Assembly: GCA_035939615.1 (NCBI GenBank)
Contig: DASZFP010000022.1
Coordinates: 8,912 to 72,911 of the forward strand
Origin: Burkholderiaceae bacterium
GTDB lineage: Bacteria; Pseudomonadota; Gammaproteobacteria; Burkholderiales; Burkholderiaceae_F
DNA length: 64,000 nt
Reading direction: 5' to 3'
The position numbers and the translations under genes are program-made. The stretch's first letter is position 1. The number at the start of each line of letters is the position of its first letter. Below, piece by piece: positions 18,981 through 27,366 of the stretch. Under the pieces are notes generated by a model. That model worked only from the letters and a program-made list of their open reading frames with translations. It did not search any database and was not told the origin of the DNA.

Positions 18981-19080
18981 TGCATCTCCTTCCTGTGTTC
19001 AGGCTTTTTGATTGGAAGCAACAGCGATGGGAGGGTCTAGCCTCGGTCGCCGAAGACGGCGCGAAGCTACGCGCAGAAGT

Positions 19081-19105
19081 TGACGGCTTAATTAAAGAGC
19101 CGTCA
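19081..19105 (-). terminator. Hairpin downstream of the OMF gene
   Basis: tgacggct - taattaaag - agccgtca, located 24 nt after the stop at 19129. There is no clear U-run. Confidence 0.35.
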
Positions 19106-19128
19106 GCGTTGCCGGAACAACGACTACG

Positions 19129-20610
19129 TCACCGCAATGACACGTCCGGTGATGCGGAGGCCGCCTTTGTGTCGCGGGCTTCGGTGGCCAGGGCGTCGGC
19201 GCTGCGCCGCCATCCGCCGCCCAGAGCCTTCACGAGCAGCACGGTGGCGTTCATGCGGCGCAGCTGGATGTCGGCCGCCGACAACTGCGCCGCCAGGGCT
19301 GCGTTTTCCGTAGACACGACCTCCAGGTAGGTGGCTGCGCCGCCCTTGTAGCGGTATTCGGCTTGCTGCAGCGCGCCCTGCGTGGCCTTTACGGCGGCCG
19401 CTTCGCTGGTACTTTCGCGGGCCAGATAGCGCAGGGAGGCCAGATTGTCCTCGACTTCCTGGTAGGCGGTCAGCACGGTGCTGCGATACAGCGCCACCTG
19501 TTCGTCGTAGGCGGCCCGCGCGGCGTCGTTTTGCGCGTGGCGCAGACCGCCGTCGAACACGGTTTGCAGCAGGCCCGGCCCGATCGACCACAACCGGCTG
19601 GGCGCTTGGATCCAGGAGCTGGCGGCCACACTCTCGACGCCGGCCACGGCCGACAGCGAGAACACGGGAAAGTATGCCGCGCGCGCCACCCCGATCTGGG
19701 CGTTGGCGGATGCGACCCGGCGTTCGGCCGCCGCCACGTCCGGCCGGCGCTCCAGCAGCGCGGACGGCAGTCCTGCATCGACCATCGGCGGCTCCAGATC
19801 CGGCGCAAGCGCGTGCGGTTCGATATGAAAGCCGGTTGCGGCCCGGCCGACCAGCACCGCGATCGCGTGCTCGGACTGAGCGCGCCGCAGCCGCGTGTCC
19901 TCGGCCTGCGTGCGGGCCGTCTCCAGCTGCGCTTCGGCTTGGCGGACATCGGCGACCACCCCGGCTCCGCCTTCGTACAGGTTGCGGGTGAGCTTGAGCG
20001 CATCGGCGTAATCGGCCACAGTGCGGTCCAGCAGCGCCTGCTGCTCGTCCAGGCTTCTGAGCGTGAAGTAGTCGGTCGCCAGCTCCGACCGCAGGCTCAG
20101 GTCCAGAACGGTCAGATCGCCGGCGCTCGCCTGCTCCGAAGCTCGTGCCGCCGCCACCGTATTACGCAGTCGGCCCCACAGGTCCACTTCATAGGAGACA
20201 TCGGCGTCGAGCAGGAAATCGTTGAAGGTGGCCGTCCTGCCGGGCAGGGACCGCGGCGCGTTGCTCGAGAGGCGGGTGCGCGTGACGCTGGCGTCGGCCG
20301 TCACCGTCGGAAAGTAAGCGGCACGGGCCTCGCGCGTCAACGCCCGTGCCTGGTCCAGTCGGGCCACAGCCGCCTTCAGGTTCTGGTTGGCGTCGGCCAC
20401 CTGCGACTGCAGCGCGTCGAGCCCTTCGTCTTGGAAAACGGCCCACCACGGCCCGCGCGGGCTAGCATCGGCCGGCGCGGCGGCTTTCCAGTCCGGGCTC
20501 TCGTTGTACTGGGGCGCGCCGGGAGCGCTCTCGGGCACGTGGTACACCGGCGCCAGCGAGCAGCCGGCCAGCGCGCCCGCGAGCGCCATTGGGCCGAACC
20601 GCAGATTCAC
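19129..20610 (-). CDS. RND efflux outer-membrane lipoprotein (NodT/OprM family)
   Basis: Lipobox LAGC near the N-terminus. Two TolC-like repeats. The GTG start overlaps the adaptor gene stop (GTGA). Confidence 0.9.
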   Translation of the reverse strand: MNLRFGPMALAGALAGCSLAPVYHVPESAPGAPQYNESPDWKAAAPADASPRGPWWAVFQDEGLDALQSQVADANQNLKAAVARLDQARALTREARAAYFPTVTADASVTRTRLSSNAPRSLPGRTATFNDFLLDADVSYEVDLWGRLRNTVAAARASEQASAGDLTVLDLSLRSELATDYFTLRSLDEQQALLDRTVADYADALKLTRNLYEGGAGVVADVRQAEAQLETARTQAEDTRLRRAQSEHAIAVLVGRAATGFHIEPHALAPDLEPPMVDAGLPSALLERRPDVAAAERRVASANAQIGVARAAYFPVFSLSAVAGVESVAASSWIQAPSRLWSIGPGLLQTVFDGGLRHAQNDAARAAYDEQVALYRSTVLTAYQEVEDNLASLRYLARESTSEAAAVKATQGALQQAEYRYKGGAATYLEVVSTENAALAAQLSAADIQLRRMNATVLLVKALGGGWRRSADALATEARDTKAASASPDVSLR

Positions 20611-21824
20611 GAGCCCGAGTCCCGGCGCACGGGCGGCGCCGGCTCCGCCGCCACTTTCTCTTCGGGCTCGCCGGCGATCCGCACCACGGCGCCCTCGGTG
20701 ATCGAGTCCGGCGGGTTCAGCACCACCTGGTCGCTCGGATCCAGCCCGCCGAGCACCTCGAGCGATTTTCCGAAGTCGCGCCCCGACGTGATGTTCTTCA
20801 ATTGAATCGCGTGGCCGGGTCCGACCACCGCGACCTGCAGGCCGGCCGACCGGAAGAGGAGCGCGTTGATCGGCAACCTGAGCGAGTCGGCATTGCCGGC
20901 CAGCTTGAAGTGCACTTCCGCGTAGGAGCCGGGAAACAGCTCGCCGTTGGAATTGTCGACCTGCAGCTCCACCTGCAGCGTGCGGGCGACCGGGTCCAGG
21001 GCCTGCGCGGTGCGCACCACCTGGGTCGGGTAGCTCTTGCCCTGGCGCTCGGCGAATTGCAACTGCGCCACCACGCCGGGCGTGGCGGCGGCCGCGTACG
21101 GTTGCGGGACCTGGGCATAGATGCGCAGGCGCCGCGTGTCGGCCATCCGGAACAGGGCCGCGCCCGAGTTCTGGCCCGCGTTGATCAGCGCGCCGATGTC
21201 AGTGTTGCGTGCGGTGACGACGCCGTCGAAGGGCGCGGTCACGCGCTTGAACGATTCCAGATCCTGCAGCCGGCCGACGTTGGCTGCGGAGGACGCGACC
21301 GCGGCTTTCTTGGCGGCCTCGTCGCTCGCCTTTTGGTCGGCGTCCTGCTTCGAGACCGATTCAGTGGCCAGCAGTCCCTGCCACCGCACGTTGGTCGATT
21401 TGGCCAGCTCGTAATTGGCCTGCGCGGTGGCCAGGTCGGCCAGGGACTGTCCCAATTCGTGATCGACCTCGGGCGTATCGATCTCGGCCAGCAACTGCCC
21501 GCGAGTCACGTGCGCGCCGATGTCGGTGTACCAGATCTTCAGATAGCCGCTGGTGCGCGCGTAAATGGGGGCCTCGTAGTAGGCCTGCACGGTGCCGGGC
21601 AGCACCAGTTCCTGGTCGGCCGGGCCGTGCTGCGGCTTGATCGTGGCAACCGTCGGGGTGGCCGCCGCAATGGTGCGTTGCGCCAGCGCCCCGCGCGCCA
21701 TGCCGCGGCTGACGACGGTCCAGGCGAACAGGCCCACGCCGAGCACCAGCGCGCCCGTCGCCAGCATCTTCAGGCGGGACGGTCGGGCTCTTTGCGTCCG
21801 GCTCGAGGGTTGTTCGGGCATCAT
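20607..21824 (-). CDS. RND efflux periplasmic adaptor (MFP)
   Basis: N-terminal TM anchor (MLATGALVLGVGLFAWTVV). HlyD-type lipoyl/coiled-coil/barrel pattern (YARTSGYLKIWYTDIGAHV...VTAPFDGVVTARN). Confidence 0.9.
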   Translation of the reverse strand: MMPEQPSSRTQRARPSRLKMLATGALVLGVGLFAWTVVSRGMARGALAQRTIAAATPTVATIKPQHGPADQELVLPGTVQAYYEAPIYARTSGYLKIWYTDIGAHVTRGQLLAEIDTPEVDHELGQSLADLATAQANYELAKSTNVRWQGLLATESVSKQDADQKASDEAAKKAAVASSAANVGRLQDLESFKRVTAPFDGVVTARNTDIGALINAGQNSGAALFRMADTRRLRIYAQVPQPYAAAATPGVVAQLQFAERQGKSYPTQVVRTAQALDPVARTLQVELQVDNSNGELFPGSYAEVHFKLAGNADSLRLPINALLFRSAGLQVAVVGPGHAIQLKNITSGRDFGKSLEVLGGLDPSDQVVLNPPDSITEGAVVRIAGEPEEKVAAEPAPPVRRDSGS

Positions 21825-21837
21825 CAGCTCCGTCGGT

Positions 21838-24800
21838 TCACGTCGTCTGGGCAGGCTGCTGTCGGCCGTGGATGATCGCGAACACGCAGGGCACGAACAC
21901 CAGGGTAGCTACGGTGGCGAAAATCAGGCCCCCGATCACGGCGCGGCCCAATGGGGCATTCTGCTCTCCGCCGTCGCCGAAGCCCAGCGCCATCGGCACC
22001 ATCCCGATGATCATCGCCAGCGCCGTCATCAACACCGGCCGAAACCGCGTCGTGCCGGCGCTCATGGCCGCCTGGGCGGCGTCCTCGCCGGCATTGAGGC
22101 GCTCGCGCGCAAAGCTGACCAGCAGGATGCTGTTGGCCGTGGCCACGCCCATGCACATGATGGCCCCGGTCAGCGCCGGCACGCTGATGGTCGTGTGGGT
22201 CAGGAACAGCATCGCGACGATGCCGGCCAGCGCCGCCGGCAGCGCCGTGATGATGATGAAAGGGTCCAGCCACGACTGGAAGTTCACCACCATCAGCAGG
22301 TATACCAGGACGATGGCTCCGAGCAGCCCAGCCAGCAGGCCGTCGAAGGAGGTGTTCATCGTCCGCACCTGGCCGCGCACCGAGATGCGCGAGCCGCGTG
22401 GCAGCTGATCCTTCATCGACGCGATGATCCGGTCGATGCGGGTGGACACGAAACCCAGGTCAACGCCCTGCGCCGAGCCGTAGATGTCGATCACCGGCAT
22501 GGCGTCGTAGTGGCTCACGACAGCCGGGCTGAAGCCGCGGTGGAAAGTGGCCACATTGGCGAGCAGTTGAGGCGGGCGCCCGGCGCCGCCGCCCAACGGC
22601 GTAGTTGCCAGCGCGTTGAGCGAGTCCAGATGCGCCTGGGGCGTTTGCGTGCTGACGTTGTACTGGGTGCCGGTTTTCGGATCGATCCAGAACGAGGGCG
22701 ATGTCTGAAAGCTTCCGGACAGTGAAATCAGCAGGTTGGACGCGACGTCATGCTGGGTCATGTTCAGCAGCTCGGCTTTGCTTCGATCGACGTCGACCTG
22801 CAGGCTCGGATAGTCGAACGCCTGTTGAATGCGCATGTCCACCGCGCCCGGAATCTGGCGCAGCTTCTGCAGCAGCGCGTCGGCGAACTTGGCGTTGCCT
22901 TCGACGTTGAAGCCCGAGATCTGCACGTCGATCGGGCTGGGCAGGCCGAAGTTCAGGATCTGGCTGACGATGTCGGCCGGCAGGAACGCAAAGCTGGTCG
23001 ATGGGAACTCGCGGGTCAGCCGCTTGCGCAGCGCGTCCTCGTAGCCGGCGGTCGAATGGTGATCTGGCGTGAGCGCGATGAAGATGTCGGCATCGCCCGG
23101 CCCGACCGGCGCCGAGGTGCTGTAGGCGGTATTGATGCCGCTGTAGGGCACGCCGATGTTGTCGACGAGCGATGCGAGCTCGTTGCTCGGAATGACCTGG
23201 CGCACGGAGGCCTCGACCGCATCGCACAACACAGCGGTCTCCTCGATGCGCAAGCCGGTTCGTGCCCTCAGGTGCAGCTTGATCTGGCCGGCATCGACGC
23301 TTGGGAAAAAGTCCTGACCGAGGCCGGGCCAGTAGCGCCCCAGCGGGATCGCGACCGTGGCGATCGCGAGCATGCCCACCAGGAAGCGCGCCACGAAACG
23401 GGCGCGCACCTTCAGCGCCGCCTCCAGCAGCCCGCGGTACCAGGCGCGGACGCGTTCGAAGCCGTGCTCGAAAGCCACAAAGATGCGCCCCATGATCCCG
23501 GTCTTCGTGTGCGCGGCGTGCTCGCTGCCCTTGACCCAGTACTTGGCCAGGGTCGGCACCAGCGTCCGCGACAGCAGGTAGGAGGCGAGCATCGCAAATA
23601 CGACCGCCTCGGCCAGAGGAATGAACAGGAAATGGGCGATGCCGCTGAGCAGCAGCATCGGGATGAAGACGATGCAGATGGCCAGCGTCGACACCAGCGC
23701 CGGCAGCGCGATCTGGTGGGCCCCGTCCATGATCGCCGTTTCGACGTCCTTGCCCTGTTCCAGGTGGTAGTTGATGTTCTCGATCGTCACGGTCGCGTCG
23801 TCGACCAGGATGCCCACGGCCAGCGCCAGTCCGCCCAGCGTCATGATGTTGATGGTCTCGCCCACTGCCGCCAGGCAGACGATCGAAGCCAGGATCGACA
23901 GCGGAATCGATATGCTGATGATGAACGTGCTGCGCCAGCTCGCCAGGAACAGCAGAATCAGCAGGCCGGTCAGCACCGCGGCGATCACCGCCTCGCGCAC
24001 CACGCCCGAGATGGCCGAGCGCACGAAAACGGACTGATCGCCCAGGAACTGGATCTTCAGGGACGGGGGCAGGGTCGCCTGAACCTGCGGCAGCCTGCGG
24101 CGCAGTTCCTTGATCACGTCGAGCGTGGATGCGCTACCGCTCTTGAGCACGCTCATCAGAACAGCGCGGTGCCCGTCCAGGCGCACCATGTTGGTCTGGG
24201 GAGGTCCGCCATCGCGCACGTGGGCCACGTCGCGCACGTACACGACGCTGCCGTTGCGCGTGGTGATCGGCAGGTCGTTCAGCTCGGCGATACTGGTCGG
24301 GCTCGCGTTGACCGACACGAAGTACTCCAGATCGCCGATCTTCTCCGTGCCGGCCGGCAGGATCAGGTTCTGCTGCCCGATGGCGCTGGTCACGTCGGCG
24401 CCCGACAAGCCGTTAGCGCGCAGAGCCTTGGGGTCCAGGTCGACCTGGACCTGCCGCTGATAGCCGCCGTACGGGAACGGCATCGAGGCGCCCGGAATGG
24501 TCGCCATCGCCGTGCGCAGGATGTTGTTGCCCATGTCGAAGACCTCGGCCTCCGACAGCTGGTCGCTGGACAGCGCCATCTGGATGATCGGCACGGTGGA
24601 GGCGTCGTAGGCCAGGATGAACGGCGGCGTCGTGCCGGGCGGGGCGGAGTTGAGCTGGGTCTGCGACACGCCGGTGATCTGGGCGAAGGACAGCTCCTCC
24701 TTGACGTTGGGCTGGAAGAAGTACTTCACCACGGCGATGCCGTTGAGCGACTGCGACTCGGTGTGCTCGACGTCGTTGACGGTGGTCTGCGCGGTGCGCT

Positions 24801-25002
24801 CCGAAAACAGCACGATGCGCTTGGCCATCTCGTCCGGCGACAGCCCCGTGTAGCGCCAGATCGTGGCGACCACCGGGATCTTGATGTTCGGGAAGATGTC
24901 GGTCGCGGTGCGCGCGATCACGAACACGCCCAGCAGCAGGATCAGCACCGCCAGCACGATGAAGGTGTATGGGCGCCGCAGCGCCAGCCCGACGATCCAC
25001 AT
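21838..25002 (-). CDS. RND efflux permease (AcrB family)
   Basis: 1054 aa. MWIVGLALRRPYTFIVLAVLILLLG N-terminus and conserved TM4 region ALAVGILVDDATVTIENI. Confidence 0.9.
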   Translation of the reverse strand: MWIVGLALRRPYTFIVLAVLILLLGVFVIARTATDIFPNIKIPVVATIWRYTGLSPDEMAKRIVLFSERTAQTTVNDVEHTESQSLNGIAVVKYFFQPNVKEELSFAQITGVSQTQLNSAPPGTTPPFILAYDASTVPIIQMALSSDQLSEAEVFDMGNNILRTAMATIPGASMPFPYGGYQRQVQVDLDPKALRANGLSGADVTSAIGQQNLILPAGTEKIGDLEYFVSVNASPTSIAELNDLPITTRNGSVVYVRDVAHVRDGGPPQTNMVRLDGHRAVLMSVLKSGSASTLDVIKELRRRLPQVQATLPPSLKIQFLGDQSVFVRSAISGVVREAVIAAVLTGLLILLFLASWRSTFIISISIPLSILASIVCLAAVGETINIMTLGGLALAVGILVDDATVTIENINYHLEQGKDVETAIMDGAHQIALPALVSTLAICIVFIPMLLLSGIAHFLFIPLAEAVVFAMLASYLLSRTLVPTLAKYWVKGSEHAAHTKTGIMGRIFVAFEHGFERVRAWYRGLLEAALKVRARFVARFLVGMLAIATVAIPLGRYWPGLGQDFFPSVDAGQIKLHLRARTGLRIEETAVLCDAVEASVRQVIPSNELASLVDNIGVPYSGINTAYSTSAPVGPGDADIFIALTPDHHSTAGYEDALRKRLTREFPSTSFAFLPADIVSQILNFGLPSPIDVQISGFNVEGNAKFADALLQKLRQIPGAVDMRIQQAFDYPSLQVDVDRSKAELLNMTQHDVASNLLISLSGSFQTSPSFWIDPKTGTQYNVSTQTPQAHLDSLNALATTPLGGGAGRPPQLLANVATFHRGFSPAVVSHYDAMPVIDIYGSAQGVDLGFVSTRIDRIIASMKDQLPRGSRISVRGQVRTMNTSFDGLLAGLLGAIVLVYLLMVVNFQSWLDPFIIITALPAALAGIVAMLFLTHTTISVPALTGAIMCMGVATANSILLVSFARERLNAGEDAAQAAMSAGTTRFRPVLMTALAMIIGMVPMALGFGDGGEQNAPLGRAVIGGLIFATVATLVFVPCVFAIIHGRQQPAQTT

Positions 25003-25045
25003 GAAGCGTCAGCCCCGCAAGGGTCGATTCGAAGGAGCGGCCATC

Positions 25046-25957
25046 TCAGGCGCCGGCGGCCGCTTGCGGCACCGCACGCCCGGCCGCCGCGTGCAGATCG
25101 GCGGCGAGCGCCGATACGTCGTGTTCGCCCAGGCCATTGATGTAGGCGGTCTTCAGACGCTGGCGCAGCGCGTCCGCAAACGGCAGCGCCGCATCGCTGG
25201 CGGCCGCCGCCCGCAGCACCAGGTCGATGTCCTTCAAGGCGAGTGCCACCTTGAATCCGCCCGGCGCGTCCGCCCGGGCCGCCACCCGCGCGGCGTAGCC
25301 GCTGATCACCGGTCCCGTAAACAGCCGCTCGGTCCAGGCGGCCGCCAGCGCTTTGCGGTCGACGCCACCGCGCTCGGCCAGCTCCAGCGCTTCGGCCAGC
25401 ATCTGCACGCTGCTCAGCACCATCAGGTTGGTGGCGAGCTTGGCGACATTGGCCGCCGGCGGATTCTCACCGACGTCGTAGATCGCGCCCGCCATCGCAC
25501 CGAGCGCCTCGCGCAGGCGCACCTTGTCCGGCGCGGCGCCGGCCAGCCACACCGTCAGGGCGGCGGCCTCGGCGACGTCGGGACGCCCCGAAACGGGAGC
25601 CGAAACGAGCGTGGCGCCGCTGCGCCGGTGCTGTTCGGCCAGCAGGCCGACCAGGTCGGGCGAAACCGTGCTCATCGACAGGTGCAGTCCACCGTGCCCG
25701 AGCCGCCCGGAGATGCCGCCGGCGCCCAGCGTGACGGCGCGCAGCGCCTGGTCGTCGGCGACCATCGTGATCACGATGCCGTCAGGGCCGACCACATCGG
25801 CCGGCACCGCGGCCACTATCGCGCCGAGCTTGACCAGCTCGCGCGCCTTGTCTTCGGAACGGTTGAAAACGCGGACCCGGAAGCCGCGCTTGATCAGATT
25901 GCGCGCCATCGGCAGGCCCATGGCGCCCAGTCCCACAAAGCCGATGTCCTGATCCAT
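25046..25957 (-). CDS. NAD(P)-dependent oxidoreductase, 3-hydroxyisobutyrate/6-phosphogluconate dehydrogenase-like
   Basis: IGFVGLGAMGLPMARNL dinucleotide-binding motif. The start is chosen at ATG 25957, where the SD gaagga is well spaced. ATG 25966 is an alternative. Confidence 0.8.
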   Translation of the reverse strand: MDQDIGFVGLGAMGLPMARNLIKRGFRVRVFNRSEDKARELVKLGAIVAAVPADVVGPDGIVITMVADDQALRAVTLGAGGISGRLGHGGLHLSMSTVSPDLVGLLAEQHRRSGATLVSAPVSGRPDVAEAAALTVWLAGAAPDKVRLREALGAMAGAIYDVGENPPAANVAKLATNLMVLSSVQMLAEALELAERGGVDRKALAAAWTERLFTGPVISGYAARVAARADAPGGFKVALALKDIDLVLRAAAASDAALPFADALRQRLKTAYINGLGEHDVSALAADLHAAAGRAVPQAAAGA

Positions 25958-26218
25958 GGGTGTCATTCCTTCTCGTAGAAGACCGCGCTGCGGGCGCGCG
26001 CGCTCAGCGCGCGGTTCAAGCCCCGCTGCGCAGCGTATGCGCCCGACTGCCGGCCGCGATTGCAAAAGTGTCGCGCACGGTTACAGGTGAAACATGGGCC
26101 GAAATGGCCGATTCACGCCGGGCGCGGACAGTCGCGCCGTCAACCGATTGGTTTTGTGGGCCGGGCGCCGGCGTGGATCCGTATGCAGACCCGAGTGGCG
26201 CCCGCGCGAGGCGGCGGG

Positions 26219-26947
26219 TCAGTACACCGCTTCAACCTGCGCGGCGAAGCTGTAGCCGACGCCGCGCTCGGTGATGATGTACTTCGGTTGGCGGGGATCG
26301 GGCTCGATTTTTCGCCGCAGCCGAAGGATCTGTACGTCGACGGCGCGATCGTAGACCTCGTTGTCGTAGCGCCGGCTCATGTCGATCAGCTGATCGCGAC
26401 TGAGCACGCGCCCGTGCGCTGCCAGCAGCGCGGCCAGCAGGTTGAATTCGCCGTTGCTCAACGCGATCTGACCTCCGCGGCTGTCGCTGAGGCGGCGCGT
26501 GCGCAGGTTCAGCTCCCAGCCCGGAAAGCGGTAGGCGCGGCAGACCTTGGCTCCGTGTATCTCCTGACCCGCATAGGTGCGGCGCAACACGGTGCGGATG
26601 CGGGCCAGCAGCTCGCGGGGGCTGAACGGCTTGGTGAGGTAGTCGTCAGCGCCCAGTTCCAGCCCCATGATCCGGTCGGCTTCCTCGGTGCGCCCGGTCA
26701 GCACGATGACCGGCACCTGCGAGCGATCGCGCAGCTGGCGCAGCAGGCGCATGCCGTCCTCGGAGCCCAGTCGGAGGTCCAACAGGACCAGATCGACCAC
26801 CTCGGAGGCGAAAGCGGCCGTCAGCTCTCCGCCCGTGGCCGCTTCGGTGACGCGGAACTCGTTCTCGCTCAGGTAGTCGCGCACGACCTGGCGCAGGGTC
26901 GCGTCGTCGTCGACGACCATCACGTGGGGGCCGATATCCTGCGTCAT
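26219..26947 (-). CDS. OmpR/PhoB-family response regulator
   Basis: Receiver (VMVVDDD...LVLLDLRL...LTG...KPF) plus winged-helix output (RVLSRDQLID...VDVQILRLRRKIE...ITERGVGY). Confidence 0.9.
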   Translation of the reverse strand: MTQDIGPHVMVVDDDATLRQVVRDYLSENEFRVTEAATGGELTAAFASEVVDLVLLDLRLGSEDGMRLLRQLRDRSQVPVIVLTGRTEEADRIMGLELGADDYLTKPFSPRELLARIRTVLRRTYAGQEIHGAKVCRAYRFPGWELNLRTRRLSDSRGGQIALSNGEFNLLAALLAAHGRVLSRDQLIDMSRRYDNEVYDRAVDVQILRLRRKIEPDPRQPKYIITERGVGYSFAAQVEAVY

Positions 26948-26994
26948 GGCAGCGCCCGCGCCTTGATCGCCCGGCCAGCGCCGCGTGGGGCCGC

Positions 26995-27366
26995 ATGAAG
27001 CCGCGTCGCGTGCTCGTGGTCGAGCCCGACGGGCTGCTGCGCGCCCTCGTGGCCGAATGGCTCGAGCAGGGAGGCCTTCATGCGGTCTTCCCGTCCGCCG
27101 GGTCATGCGAGGCGAGCGCGCAGCTCGGCAGCATCGGGGCCATCGTGATCGACATTCCCAGTCCTTCCCACGCCGAGCGCGTGCTGCAGACCTGGCGGCG
27201 GGCCTTTCCGAATGCCGACATCATCGCCGCGTCAGCGAGGTTTCCGTCGGGTGCATGTGTGGATGATGCCATGGCGGGTAGACTGGCCGTGGCCAAGGTG
27301 CTTGCCAAGCCCTTTTCCCGGCGCGAACTGTTCGCGGCGCTCGGCGTGCAGGGGCGCGATTCATGA
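26995..27366 (+). CDS. Stand-alone receiver-like (CheY-fold) protein with a non-canonical acidic pocket
   Basis: VLVVEPD replaces the usual DD. IVIDI (putative acceptor Asp), IIAASA and AKPF are present. The stop overlaps the ATG of the kinase gene (ATGA). Confidence 0.65.
   Translation: MKPRRVLVVEPDGLLRALVAEWLEQGGLHAVFPSAGSCEASAQLGSIGAIVIDIPSPSHAERVLQTWRRAFPNADIIAASARFPSGACVDDAMAGRLAVAKVLAKPFSRRELFAALGVQGRDS

Noticed and set aside
16869-19040. Long ORFs antisense to real genes (also 22750-25140, 27396-29675, 47308-49596, 53255-55222, 56172-57731, 57747-59426, 39295-40791)
   Set aside because: Each mirrors a gene with clear family motifs on the other strand. Their translations are Arg/Gly/His/Asp-rich low-complexity strings without motifs, a typical GC-rich antisense artefact.
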